From Candidatus Peregrinibacteria bacterium (GTDB lineage Bacteria > Patescibacteriota > Gracilibacteria > UM-FILTER-43-11), in NCBI GenBank assembly GCA_016934215.1, contig JAFGTE010000028.1:2672-66671 (forward strand): a stretch of DNA of 64,000 bases. The letters run 5' to 3'. The position numbers and the translations under genes are program-made. The notes below the pieces were generated by a model, which saw only the letters and a list, made by a program, of their open reading frames with translations, was not told where the DNA came from and made no database searches. This document shows, in pieces, positions 12,031 to 19,993 of this stretch. Each line of letters begins with the position of its first letter. The first letter of the stretch is position 1.

Positions 12031-12067
12031 ATTTCTTTGTGTTTGGCATTACTATTTTAGCATATCT

Positions 12068-12114
12068 AAAAGCGGGGCCCCACCTGACTGCAAGGCAGCC
12101 AGGTGGGTAGCCCC
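12068..12114 (-). terminator. Long GC hairpin with T-tract, intrinsic terminator-like
   Basis: GGGGC-TA-CCCACCTGGCTGC-CTT-GCAGTCAGGTGGG-GCCCC-GC-TTTT on the minus strand. Confidence 0.6.
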
Positions 12115-12383
12115 TGTAAGCACCCGCTTAGCCTTCGTTAGGCTGCTCGCGTGGAATGGAGCCTCGCCGGCCTCGTCCCATATTCTGACTGCGGATGGAA
12201 GGTGGTCCCTTCCGTCGACGTAGGTCCGTGGGGGGCCTCTGTGAAGGCGGTGGAGGTGAAGAAACTTCATTGCGGAACTTCTGCTTTGGTTTCACGCATC
12301 ATCCCCTTGTGAGTGCCAAAAGGCAGATCCTGGGTCATCCCAGCAAGATTGTACCGGAATGCCCCTTTTCACATACCACGCGA
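12068..12383 (-). ncRNA. Putative structured non-coding RNA, family unassigned
   Basis: GC-rich non-coding stretch with many hairpins and a long-range closing helix, between a consensus promoter and a hairpin plus T-tract. Confidence 0.65.
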
Positions 12384-12411
12384 ATTATAGTAATAAAGAT
12401 GAGAATGTCAA
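12384..12411 (-). promoter_or_regulatory. Sigma70 promoter TTGACA-N16-TATAAT
   Basis: Exact consensus hexamers; plus strand reads attata 12384-12389 and tgtcaa 12406-12411. Confidence 0.8.
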
Positions 12412-12537
12412 AGAAATTTAGCGAAAGAAGAATCTAGCTTACGCCGTTTTCTGCATTAATTTTGTTACAAAAAATTACTAAATATGATAAGATAAAAATG
12501 AAAGCTTTTATTTAAGCCAAGAAATACGCTATAGAAT

Positions 12538-14961
12538 ATGACGAAAAAAATTAAAGTTGCATTACTTTGTGGCGGGCCTTCTCTGGAAAGAGGAATATCT
12601 CTCAACTCAGCGCGTTCCGTCTGTGACCATTTACATTCTGAGCAGGTGGAAGTGATTCCCATTTATTTCGATCACTTCAAAAAAGCTTACCGGATTTCCC
12701 GTGCCCAGTTATATTCAAACACACCATCGGATTTTGATTTCAAATTGGCTCAATCCGCTCGCCCCCTGAGTCAGACGGCCTTAAGAAAGCTGCTGAAATC
12801 CGTCGATCTGGCTTTTCCGGTCATGCACGGACCTTTTGGGGAAGATGGGGAAATCCAACGACTGCTTACTAAAATGGGCTGTCCTTTTATTGGCTCTCCG
12901 GAAGAAGCCTGCAAGAAGGCCTTTGATAAATTCAGCGCCAATGAGTTTATTAAGTTCAGAGGTTTTTACACCCTGCCTTCCATAGTACTCAAAGCTCATC
13001 GGACCGGACATAAAAAGAAAATCGAGGGATTCTTTGCGGAAAAAAAGATCAAACGTGCCGTGGTTAAACCAGCCACCGGTGGATCAAGTATTGCCGTTTA
13101 CTCAGTGTCCACTCCGGAAGACGCACTGAAAAAGGCTGAAGAAATTTTCTCAAAAAGAGTGGATACGCGTGCCGTCATCGAGCCTTTTTGTCAGGGGATT
13201 GAATTCACGGTCATCATTCTTCAGAATCGCTTCGGTATGCCGGTGGCGATCATGCCATCAGAAATTGAAATCAGCTACGAAGATCATCAGATTTTTGATT
13301 ATCGTAAAAAATATCTGGCTTCCCGCCAGGTCACCTATCATTGTCCGCCCCGTTTTGAAAATAGAGTGATTGCAAGGATCCAGACTCAGGCAGAGCAGCT
13401 TTTTACCTTGCTGGGCATGCGGGATTTTGCCCGCTTTGACGGCTGGCTGATGCCGGATGAAAATATTTGGTTCTCGGACTTCAACCCGATCAGCGGCATG
13501 GAACAGAACAGCTTCCTTTTTATGCAGGCTTCACGTATCGGGATGAGTCACCGCGACGTCCTTACGTATATTCTTAAATCAGCGTGCAGACGTCATACCA
13601 TTAATTTCCCCTCAGAACCGGTAACAGGCAAGAAATCCGGTACAAAAAAAGAAGTGAATGTTCTTTTTGGCGGCAAAACAGCGGAACGTCAGGTATCCGT
13701 AATGAGTGGCACCAATGCCTGGCTCAAACTCCGTCAATCACACAAATACGAACCCAGGCCTTTTTTGCTGGATATGGATCATCATGTCTGGGAATTGCCC
13801 TACGCACTTACCTTAAACCACACAGTGGAGGAGATCACGGCCACCTGTAAGTCTGCCAAACAGGATGAACACAGACTTCGCACACTGATCAAACAGGTGG
13901 TAGATAAACTGGCTGTCGAAAAAGGGGACCTCACGGAAAAATGGTTTTTCCCGAAAAAGATGACGCTCAAAGAATTTATCAGGAAATCTAAGAACATTTT
14001 TATTGGTCTGCATGGCGGCATGGGAGAAGACGGTACGCTTCAGACCATGCTGGAAGAGGCAAAGGTGCCTTTCAACGGTTCAGGATCGGAAGCATCGAGG
14101 CTTTGCATGGATAAATACAAAACCGCTGAAGCCATTAAAGATTTGGCGAAGAAGGGGATTTATACGGCGATAAAACACGTCGAGACACTCAGTCATTTTA
14201 AAGGATGGAAGGTCAGCGACTTTAAACGATACTTCAAAGAACTCAAAAAAGAGCTGGGAAGCAGAACTATTATCGTTAAACCTGTCGGAGACGGGTGCAG
14301 TGCGGGAATCGCACGATTGTACGGTCCCAAAGATCTTGAAATCTACCTGGATTTTGTTCAAAAAGGAACTCCGTTCATACCGGACGGAAGTTTAAATAAG
14401 CAGCACGGAATGATTGAAATGCCCACCGTAAAATTAAATAAACTGATGTTTGAGCAGTTTATCACCACCGATAAAATCCGCGTTATCGGTAATAAACTTA
14501 AATGGGAAGTTAAAACCGATTGGATTGAAGTGACGATGGGAGTGCTTGAAAAAGAAGGAAAGCTTAAAGCAATGTCACCCAGTCTTACGGTAGCGGTTGG
14601 AAATATTCTCAGTCTGGAAGAAAAATTCCAGGGCGGTACGGGAGTTAATATTACCCCGCCTCCCGCTCCTTTTGTAAAAAAATCAGCGATCGATAAAGCC
14701 AAAGAACGCGTAGAACTGGTTGCTAAAAAATTAGGTATTCGTGGCTACGCCCGAATCGATGCTTTCATGCACCGGAAAACCGGCCAGCTGATCATCATCG
14801 AAGCCAATACAACTCCCGGCCTCACTCCTTCCACCGTCATTTATCATCAGGCACTTGAAGAAGAACCCCCTCTGTATCCGACAGCGTTTTTAGAAAAAAT
14901 TATGGATAATGCTATAGAACGCGCTGAGGAGAAAGTAAATAAAGATAAAATCCGCTTGTAA
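12538..14961 (+). CDS. ddl: Tandem two-module D-alanine--D-alanine ligase family protein
   Basis: Two Ddl/ATP-grasp modules: GGPSLERGISL..HGPFGEDG..ARFD and GGKTAERQVSV..HGGMGEDG..ARID..EANTTPG. Confidence 0.88.
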   Translation: MTKKIKVALLCGGPSLERGISLNSARSVCDHLHSEQVEVIPIYFDHFKKAYRISRAQLYSNTPSDFDFKLAQSARPLSQTALRKLLKSVDLAFPVMHGPFGEDGEIQRLLTKMGCPFIGSPEEACKKAFDKFSANEFIKFRGFYTLPSIVLKAHRTGHKKKIEGFFAEKKIKRAVVKPATGGSSIAVYSVSTPEDALKKAEEIFSKRVDTRAVIEPFCQGIEFTVIILQNRFGMPVAIMPSEIEISYEDHQIFDYRKKYLASRQVTYHCPPRFENRVIARIQTQAEQLFTLLGMRDFARFDGWLMPDENIWFSDFNPISGMEQNSFLFMQASRIGMSHRDVLTYILKSACRRHTINFPSEPVTGKKSGTKKEVNVLFGGKTAERQVSVMSGTNAWLKLRQSHKYEPRPFLLDMDHHVWELPYALTLNHTVEEITATCKSAKQDEHRLRTLIKQVVDKLAVEKGDLTEKWFFPKKMTLKEFIRKSKNIFIGLHGGMGEDGTLQTMLEEAKVPFNGSGSEASRLCMDKYKTAEAIKDLAKKGIYTAIKHVETLSHFKGWKVSDFKRYFKELKKELGSRTIIVKPVGDGCSAGIARLYGPKDLEIYLDFVQKGTPFIPDGSLNKQHGMIEMPTVKLNKLMFEQFITTDKIRVIGNKLKWEVKTDWIEVTMGVLEKEGKLKAMSPSLTVAVGNILSLEEKFQGGTGVNITPPPAPFVKKSAIDKAKERVELVAKKLGIRGYARIDAFMHRKTGQLIIIEANTTPGLTPSTVIYHQALEEEPPLYPTAFLEKIMDNAIERAEEKVNKDKIRL

Positions 14962-15481
14962 AACTGAGAAAAGCCATTGAAAGGAAAAGTGCCGGGAATC
15001 CGAAATTTGTCACGAGTAAACCCCCAATCAATGCGCCAAAGGCAGTCGTAAAATAATACATCGATTCCCAGGTACCCCATTCCACCCCATACTGCCCCCG
15101 ATCCAGATGTTCGGAATACAGTTTGTCGAAGGCAGGTGAATAAATAGCTTCACCCATACCAATCAGGATCTGAATGATAAAGAGGGTCGTTATGGAATGA
15201 ACAAAAAGAAACAGAAAAAAGCCAAGACCCATCATACCGTACCCAAGCATCATCACATGGTCACTGTGACGGATTTTATCCGACACTTTGCCGGAAAACA
15301 GAGTGGCAAGGCCAGCTGAAACGGCAAATAAAAACCCGGCGATACTGGCATCCAGCAGATCACCGCCAATTTCTTCAACAAAAATGGCATAAATCGGGGC
15401 AAGCATGGCTGCCGCCAGCAGAATAAGGGCGTTGGTAGCCAGCAATATTTTGAGTGCTTTGTTGAAAAATCTTTTTTGCAT
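14912..15481 (-). CDS. Half-size (6-TM) MFS-like transporter
   Basis: 189 aa, hydrophobic, MFS motif A-like G.VSDKI.H. Confidence 0.75.
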   Translation of the reverse strand: MQKRFFNKALKILLATNALILLAAAMLAPIYAIFVEEIGGDLLDASIAGFLFAVSAGLATLFSGKVSDKIRHSDHVMMLGYGMMGLGFFLFLFVHSITTLFIIQILIGMGEAIYSPAFDKLYSEHLDRGQYGVEWGTWESMYYFTTAFGALIGGLLVTNFGFPALFLSMAFLSFTSGFYLYLLSPQRVL

Positions 15482-15566
15482 CTATTCATTATACAATATT
15501 TTTAGTAAAAAAACAACTCATTGACCTTCATGGCCGGCTCCTTTAAATTAAAAACAAGGAATCACT

Positions 15567-16184
15567 ATGGAAGAAACGCCAAATCACCATCGAAGTCTTT
15601 TAATCAGTAATTATCGGAGTTTTATTGATTTTGCGAATAAGCACTTCACACTCCCGAAGTACATTATCAGAAATGACAAAGACATTTTTTATCAAATCGA
15701 AAAGATGATGCTGACGATTTTGGTATTGAGCATCGTAGTGCTTTGCACCCTGCATCTGATGCCGGAGTGGTTAGCAGTCGCCCTGGCAATCCTTTTAGTG
15801 CAGCGGGTTTTTGAATACGTGGTGGTTTATTCAAGAAATTTTATTTTTCACCGCGGCAGAATTTTTACCGATTTTAAAGACCCGGCACAGCAGGGGGAAT
15901 GGCTCATCATGACGGTCAGCCTTAACCTGCTGCAATTGATCATCACTTTTTCAGTTTGGTACCGTTTACTCGGTCTTTTGGAACCGGCGTCTTTTATCGG
16001 CGATATGAGCATTATCAATTCCGTGTATTTCAGTGTGGTTACCTTTCTGACAGTGGGCTTTGGCGATATCGTCCCAGTATCATCTTTGGCAAAAATACTG
16101 GTTCTTTTCCAAACAGCGCTGACCTTTTATACGCTGGTCATTGTCGTGAATGGTCTGATTTCCATTCATTTTAGAAACCGATAA
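15567..16184 (+). CDS. Potassium channel family protein
   Basis: Pore signature YFSVVTFLTVGFGDIVP. Confidence 0.88.
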   Translation: MEETPNHHRSLLISNYRSFIDFANKHFTLPKYIIRNDKDIFYQIEKMMLTILVLSIVVLCTLHLMPEWLAVALAILLVQRVFEYVVVYSRNFIFHRGRIFTDFKDPAQQGEWLIMTVSLNLLQLIITFSVWYRLLGLLEPASFIGDMSIINSVYFSVVTFLTVGFGDIVPVSSLAKILVLFQTALTFYTLVIVVNGLISIHFRNR

Positions 16185-16188
16185 GTGG

Positions 16189-16617
16189 TTAGAATGAAGG
16201 GGTTTTCGGAGCACGAAGCGCGTTACCAAAAGATACTTCATCAAGCTGATCCAGCTGAACAAAATGCTCGGGATCACTCATAAATTCACCACTGTCAAAC
16301 TTCTCGGCTTTCAGCGTCTCATGGAGGCTCTCTCTTATAACCGATTCAGATATATCCGTCGGCTCAGAGGCTTCAGATGGTTTTAGCTGATTATCTTCTT
16401 TAAGTTCCATTAAAATACTGTCAGCCACAATGTCGCTCATATTACTAAAACGGGGATCTTTTGCGGGTTCTCCGTTGATCCTGCGGCGCAGATCCGACAA
16501 AGCGGCCTGATAGTCCGCCGAATTTTTTTCATAAGCCATTAATTCCGCCGTCACTTCTTCAGCACTTTTTAAATCGCACTCAATGAGGGCTTCAACGAGA
16601 TTCAGTCTCCTGGGCAT
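16189..16617 (-). CDS. Hypothetical protein
   Basis: 142-aa ORF; weak similarity by eye to the neighbouring ORF. Confidence 0.6.
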   Translation of the reverse strand: MPRRLNLVEALIECDLKSAEEVTAELMAYEKNSADYQAALSDLRRRINGEPAKDPRFSNMSDIVADSILMELKEDNQLKPSEASEPTDISESVIRESLHETLKAEKFDSGEFMSDPEHFVQLDQLDEVSFGNALRAPKTPSF

Positions 16618-16656
16618 GACGTTAGGTCTGTTTATGCAACAACTATAAGATGATTT

Positions 16657-17070
16657 TTATTCCGCTTCAAGCACACTGTCCGACTCATCAATCAGTGTGG
16701 GGGGTTTTGATCTGACACCACTCGCTTCTGCGTCAGGATTAAAAAGAGCACCAACCTGAGACCGTGCAAGGATATCTGATATTGCATTGGGATCAGGTGG
16801 GTCCAGCGGATTTTCTATATTAAGAGACTCTAAAATCAAGCGAGCTGCAGCCACCGTGATATGATCAAACCCCGAACTCAGGGCAGGCCTTTGATGCACA
16901 ATAAGGCGAAGATTCAGCTCGCATTTCTTAAACTCAGAACTCTCCGGATCGAGCGTCCTTAATGTTTCAAGTTCTTTATCAGCGATTTCCTGATCACTTT
17001 CAGGAATAGCTCTGGCGGCATCTACATTTCTAAGCATGGGAGGGGAATTAGATGTATTTCGGTTTTTCAC
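16657..17070 (-). CDS. Hypothetical protein
   Basis: 137-aa ORF with TTGCAT..TATAAT promoter-like sequence upstream; start uncertain. Confidence 0.6.
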   Translation of the reverse strand: MKNRNTSNSPPMLRNVDAARAIPESDQEIADKELETLRTLDPESSEFKKCELNLRLIVHQRPALSSGFDHITVAAARLILESLNIENPLDPPDPNAISDILARSQVGALFNPDAEASGVRSKPPTLIDESDSVLEAE

Positions 17071-17120
17071 AGTTATTATACGATTTTTTCTTTATTGATG
17101 CAAGAAGGTAGTAAAAATCA

Positions 17121-17149
17121 TTGAACTCTTTCAGCAATTTCTTTAAAAT
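17121..17149 (+). promoter_or_regulatory. Sigma70-like promoter TTGAAC-N17-TAAAAT for the tRNA-Gly locus
   Basis: Hexamers and spacing read directly, 20 nt before the pseudo-tRNA copy. Confidence 0.55.
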
Positions 17150-17169
17150 GGCTTAGCAAAATAAGCAAT

Positions 17170-17220
17170 GCGGGTATCGTATAGTTGGCTATTATTTCCC
17201 GCCTAGCGGGACGAGACGGG
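17170..17220 (+). pseudogene. Truncated tRNA-Gly copy with anticodon arm replaced by a palindrome
   Basis: First 27 nt identical to 17470-17496, then TCCCGCCTAGCGGGA, then CGAGACGGG identical to 17514-17522; no T-loop or 3' acceptor strand. Confidence 0.85.
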
Positions 17221-17226
17221 GTCAAT

Positions 17227-17484
17227 ATGAAATACATAGTATATATCATCAGAAGTAAGAAGACAGGAAAGCGCTATATTGGATATACTCAGGATATAGA
17301 TGAACGACTAAGGCGTCATAATACTGGCACAAGCGCATACACAAAACGTGAAAAACCTTGGGAATTAATCTATTCAGAGGAAATGACAAGTAAATCAGAA
17401 GCGTTAAAAAGAGAAAAAGAAATAAAGAGCTTCAAAGGAGGAGGCTCACTAAAAAATCTTTTAAAACAAGCGGGTATCGTATAG
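17227..17484 (+). CDS. Minimal GIY-YIG nuclease (85 aa)
   Basis: VYII.S....RYIGYTQD...RL..HN.G...YTK...PW.L.Y.E....EAL.RE..IK; stop codon lies inside tRNA-Gly. Confidence 0.92.
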   Translation: MKYIVYIIRSKKTGKRYIGYTQDIDERLRRHNTGTSAYTKREKPWELIYSEEMTSKSEALKREKEIKSFKGGGSLKNLLKQAGIV

Positions 17485-17545
17485 TTGGCTATTATTCCGG
17501 CCTTCCAAGCCGGCGAGACGGGTTCGAGTCCCGTTACCCGCTCCA
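17470..17545 (+). tRNA. tRNA-Gly (anticodon TCC)
   Basis: GCGGGTA/TACCCGC acceptor, CCGGC-CTTCCAA-GCCGG anticodon arm, GGTTCGAGTCC T-arm, CCA. Confidence 0.97.
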
Positions 17546-17648
17546 AAAAAATAACTCTCTGCGAAGCAGTGGAGGTATTTTTTTAGAATGTGGGACTCGA
17601 AGGGTAGGGCGGGTTCGTAGCGAAGCATTCCCGCGAAGCGGGAGGGGT

Positions 17649-17665
17649 TCCCGTTACCCGCTCCA
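17649..17665 (+). repeat. Direct repeat of the tRNA-Gly 3' end (17 bp)
   Basis: TCCCGTTACCCGCTCCA identical to 17529-17545, 120 bp downstream. Confidence 0.9.
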
Positions 17666-17729
17666 TCAAAAACCAGCCCCCCTCATAGAGGCAGAGCTGA
17701 GTTTTTAAAGCTGTGGAATTCAAAGAAAG

Positions 17730-18323
17730 CTAATCAGAAAAATCCACGACAGGAGCCACATTACTTCCTTCAACGGCTTCAAATAAAGCGGCTTTTTCAA
17801 ATCCGAACAGATTGGCAATAAAACTGCGCGGGAATTTTCGGATAGAGATATTGTAATCCTGAACGGTTTCGTTGTAAGTTTTTCGCTCAACAGAAATGCG
17901 GTTTTCAGTACCTTCCAGCTGAGCCTGAAGTTCCAGGAAGTTCTGATCGGCCTTGAGGTCCGGATAACTTTCAACAACTACCATCAAACGGCTCAATGCT
18001 GAGCTAAGTGCATCCTGGCTGGCCTGAAACTTGGCAAAGGAAGCGGCATCCTTGATATCGACATTGGTTGAAGTGGCTTTCGCGCGGGCTTCCACAACAG
18101 CTTCCAAGGTTTCTGCTTCGTGCTCAGAGTACCCCTTAACGGTATTGACCAGATTGGGAATCAAATCCGTTCTGCGTTGGTATTGGTTTTCAACCTGACT
18201 CCAGGCGGTCTGCACGCCTTCATCTTTTACAACCATTGAATTGTAAACGTCCATAACATAAAACCCGGCCCAGACGATAAGCAGAACAATAACCCCCAAG
18301 CCGATCTTTGATGATTTTGTCAT
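17730..18323 (-). CDS. lemA: LemA family protein
   Basis: N-terminal TM, YQRR.DLIPNLV.TVKGY, E.YPDLKA, LEGTENRI; start moved to MTKSS. Confidence 0.95.
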   Translation of the reverse strand: MTKSSKIGLGVIVLLIVWAGFYVMDVYNSMVVKDEGVQTAWSQVENQYQRRTDLIPNLVNTVKGYSEHEAETLEAVVEARAKATSTNVDIKDAASFAKFQASQDALSSALSRLMVVVESYPDLKADQNFLELQAQLEGTENRISVERKTYNETVQDYNISIRKFPRSFIANLFGFEKAALFEAVEGSNVAPVVDFSD

Positions 18324-18367
18324 AGTGATAATAGTGAAAGAAATATTTGCGAATGGATTATAACATA

Positions 18368-19267
18368 TTACCAGCGTCCGCCAGAACCGCCCCCGCCAAA
18401 ACTGCCTCCCCCGAAACTTCCCCCGCTGCTGCCCGAGCTGCCCCACGAAGAAGAACTGGAACTGCTGGACCAGGAACTGCCGGAAGAAGAACTGCTGCCC
18501 CCTCCGCCTCCGCCACGGCTGGCATCCGACATGGCAATCAGGTCTATTAGAATAGAAAAACCGAGTATAATAGCTGCAAGAAGTAAGGTGGTAGTAAGCA
18601 TCCCTACGCCGAATAAAGCAATATTGGCTACAATGGAATGATTGAGGCGTTCTTTCTTTTTTCTCGTACCTATCCAGATTGATTTAATAGCGGCAGCAAA
18701 CATTAAAATACCAAACCAGATCCACACCTTTCCGTCAGCCGCAAAAGAATCGGAACTGGATTCGGCGTAATCAGTAACAATGGTCGGGTCCTTGAGCAGA
18801 TAACCTTCAATATCTGTTAGCGCCGCAGAAAGTCCACCGGCATAATCACCTTCGCGGAAGTGAGGAGGGAAGTCGTTTTCGGCAATCCGTTTTGTGATAG
18901 CGTCAGGCAGGGTTCCTTCCATGCCGTATCCTGTCGCCATAAACCAGGCCCGATCCTCGATGGCTACCAGAATCAGAAGACCATTGTCATTAGCTTCTTT
19001 TCCCACGCCCCATGTATTGCCAACGTCAAAAGCCACCGTCGCAATATCTTCATCACCCATCGTAGGAACGATAAGAATACCGATTTCAGCGGTGGTTTTA
19101 TCTTCTATTTCATCAATCTGGAGCTCAAGAGCCATTTCATCTTCATAAGAAAGCACCCCGGCTTCATCGGTGACCCATCCGTTGGGCTCGGGAATATTAA
19201 AAGCATGAACCAGATTCATAGAAAAAAGAAAACAGAAGACAGTCAGTGCAATTCTTATCTTGGACAT
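18368..19267 (-). CDS. TPM-domain membrane protein
   Basis: V.D.AG.L, WGVG....DNG.L, GYG.EG.LPD, GGGSFGGGGSGGRW tail; usual LemA partner. Confidence 0.9.
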   Translation of the reverse strand: MSKIRIALTVFCFLFSMNLVHAFNIPEPNGWVTDEAGVLSYEDEMALELQIDEIEDKTTAEIGILIVPTMGDEDIATVAFDVGNTWGVGKEANDNGLLILVAIEDRAWFMATGYGMEGTLPDAITKRIAENDFPPHFREGDYAGGLSAALTDIEGYLLKDPTIVTDYAESSSDSFAADGKVWIWFGILMFAAAIKSIWIGTRKKKERLNHSIVANIALFGVGMLTTTLLLAAIILGFSILIDLIAMSDASRGGGGGGSSSSSGSSWSSSSSSSSWGSSGSSGGSFGGGSFGGGGSGGRW

Positions 19268-19375
19268 AGATCATGTGTTAGAAAGTGATGGTATTGTAGC
19301 ATATTCGCCAAAGTCGCTTGCATTAAAAAATAAAATCTGGTATAAAGAAATACTAATTTTTAACCTCCCTTAAAA

Positions 19376-19630
19376 ATGATGGAAAAAAGCCAAGAAGATC
19401 AAAGAATTGAAGAAGATATTAAGCGTATTGAAGCACATTTTCAGAATCTTGATACCGATTCGCGAATCGCCGCAATGCAAGAAATGGAGCTGGCAGTTTT
19501 TAATCCCAATGCTCAGGAGGTGCCTCAATGGATACGCGGCGTCCACCCTCAGGCAATTGTTCGATCCAGAATGCAGATTCGGGGTATTGTCAGAACTTCG
19601 GAACCGCCTGAATCAGTCAGTGCAAAGTGA
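19376..19630 (+). CDS. Small hypothetical protein
   Basis: 84-aa ORF after an AT-rich promoter-like region. Confidence 0.5.
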   Translation: MMEKSQEDQRIEEDIKRIEAHFQNLDTDSRIAAMQEMELAVFNPNAQEVPQWIRGVHPQAIVRSRMQIRGIVRTSEPPESVSAK

Positions 19631-19648
19631 TATTTTAAAAGTCATATT

Positions 19649-19993
19649 ATGGAAAAAGAAGTTGTCGACTCCATAGTGCAATTACTTCTCGAAGAAGGGC
19701 TCGTCAGTGATACGGAAGAAGTTGAAAGCAGAATGCGCCTGTGTGTTCAGCGTGCCCGTGAATTAGAAGCGCTGAAAAAATCAGATGAAGATGAATTTAA
19801 CAGATTAATTACATATCTTAAATCGGTGGCTCAGCGGATTGGGTCAGAGGACTCTTTTATGCCTGTCATGGCAATGGCTATACTAGAAGAACTGGAAATT
19901 GACAGCACAAGCGTCGAATCAAGGGAAAAGGTAACCGGGGTACTAAAAACAAGTGGCGCTCCGCCCCTGAGTAAAACTGGTACTAAGAAGTAG
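19649..19993 (+). CDS. Hypothetical protein
   Basis: 114-aa helical ORF. Confidence 0.55.
   Translation: MEKEVVDSIVQLLLEEGLVSDTEEVESRMRLCVQRARELEALKKSDEDEFNRLITYLKSVAQRIGSEDSFMPVMAMAILEELEIDSTSVESREKVTGVLKTSGAPPLSKTGTKK

Noticed and set aside
12068..12383. Naming the RNA as RNase P, tmRNA, SRP, glmS ribozyme or 6S
   Set aside because: GAGGAAAGTCC, tRNA-like ends with a tag frame, the CAGG-GNRA-AGCAG helix and AGCGCC are all absent. GACGAGG and CCCACCTG are only short partial resemblances
12052..12437. ORF-track entries 12052..12270 (-) and 12195..12437 (+)
   Set aside because: No recognisable protein features; the dense base-pairing, promoter and terminator fit a structured RNA better
17170..17665. 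Prophage/integrative island att sites or a group I intron in tRNA-Gly
   Set aside because: Only 120 bp lie between the 3' repeats, there is no integrase, no intron core is visible, and the tRNA is uninterrupted
18368..18520. Repetitive GAACTG/CCGCC-rich tract
   Set aside because: It encodes the ordinary Gly/Ser tail of TPM-domain proteins
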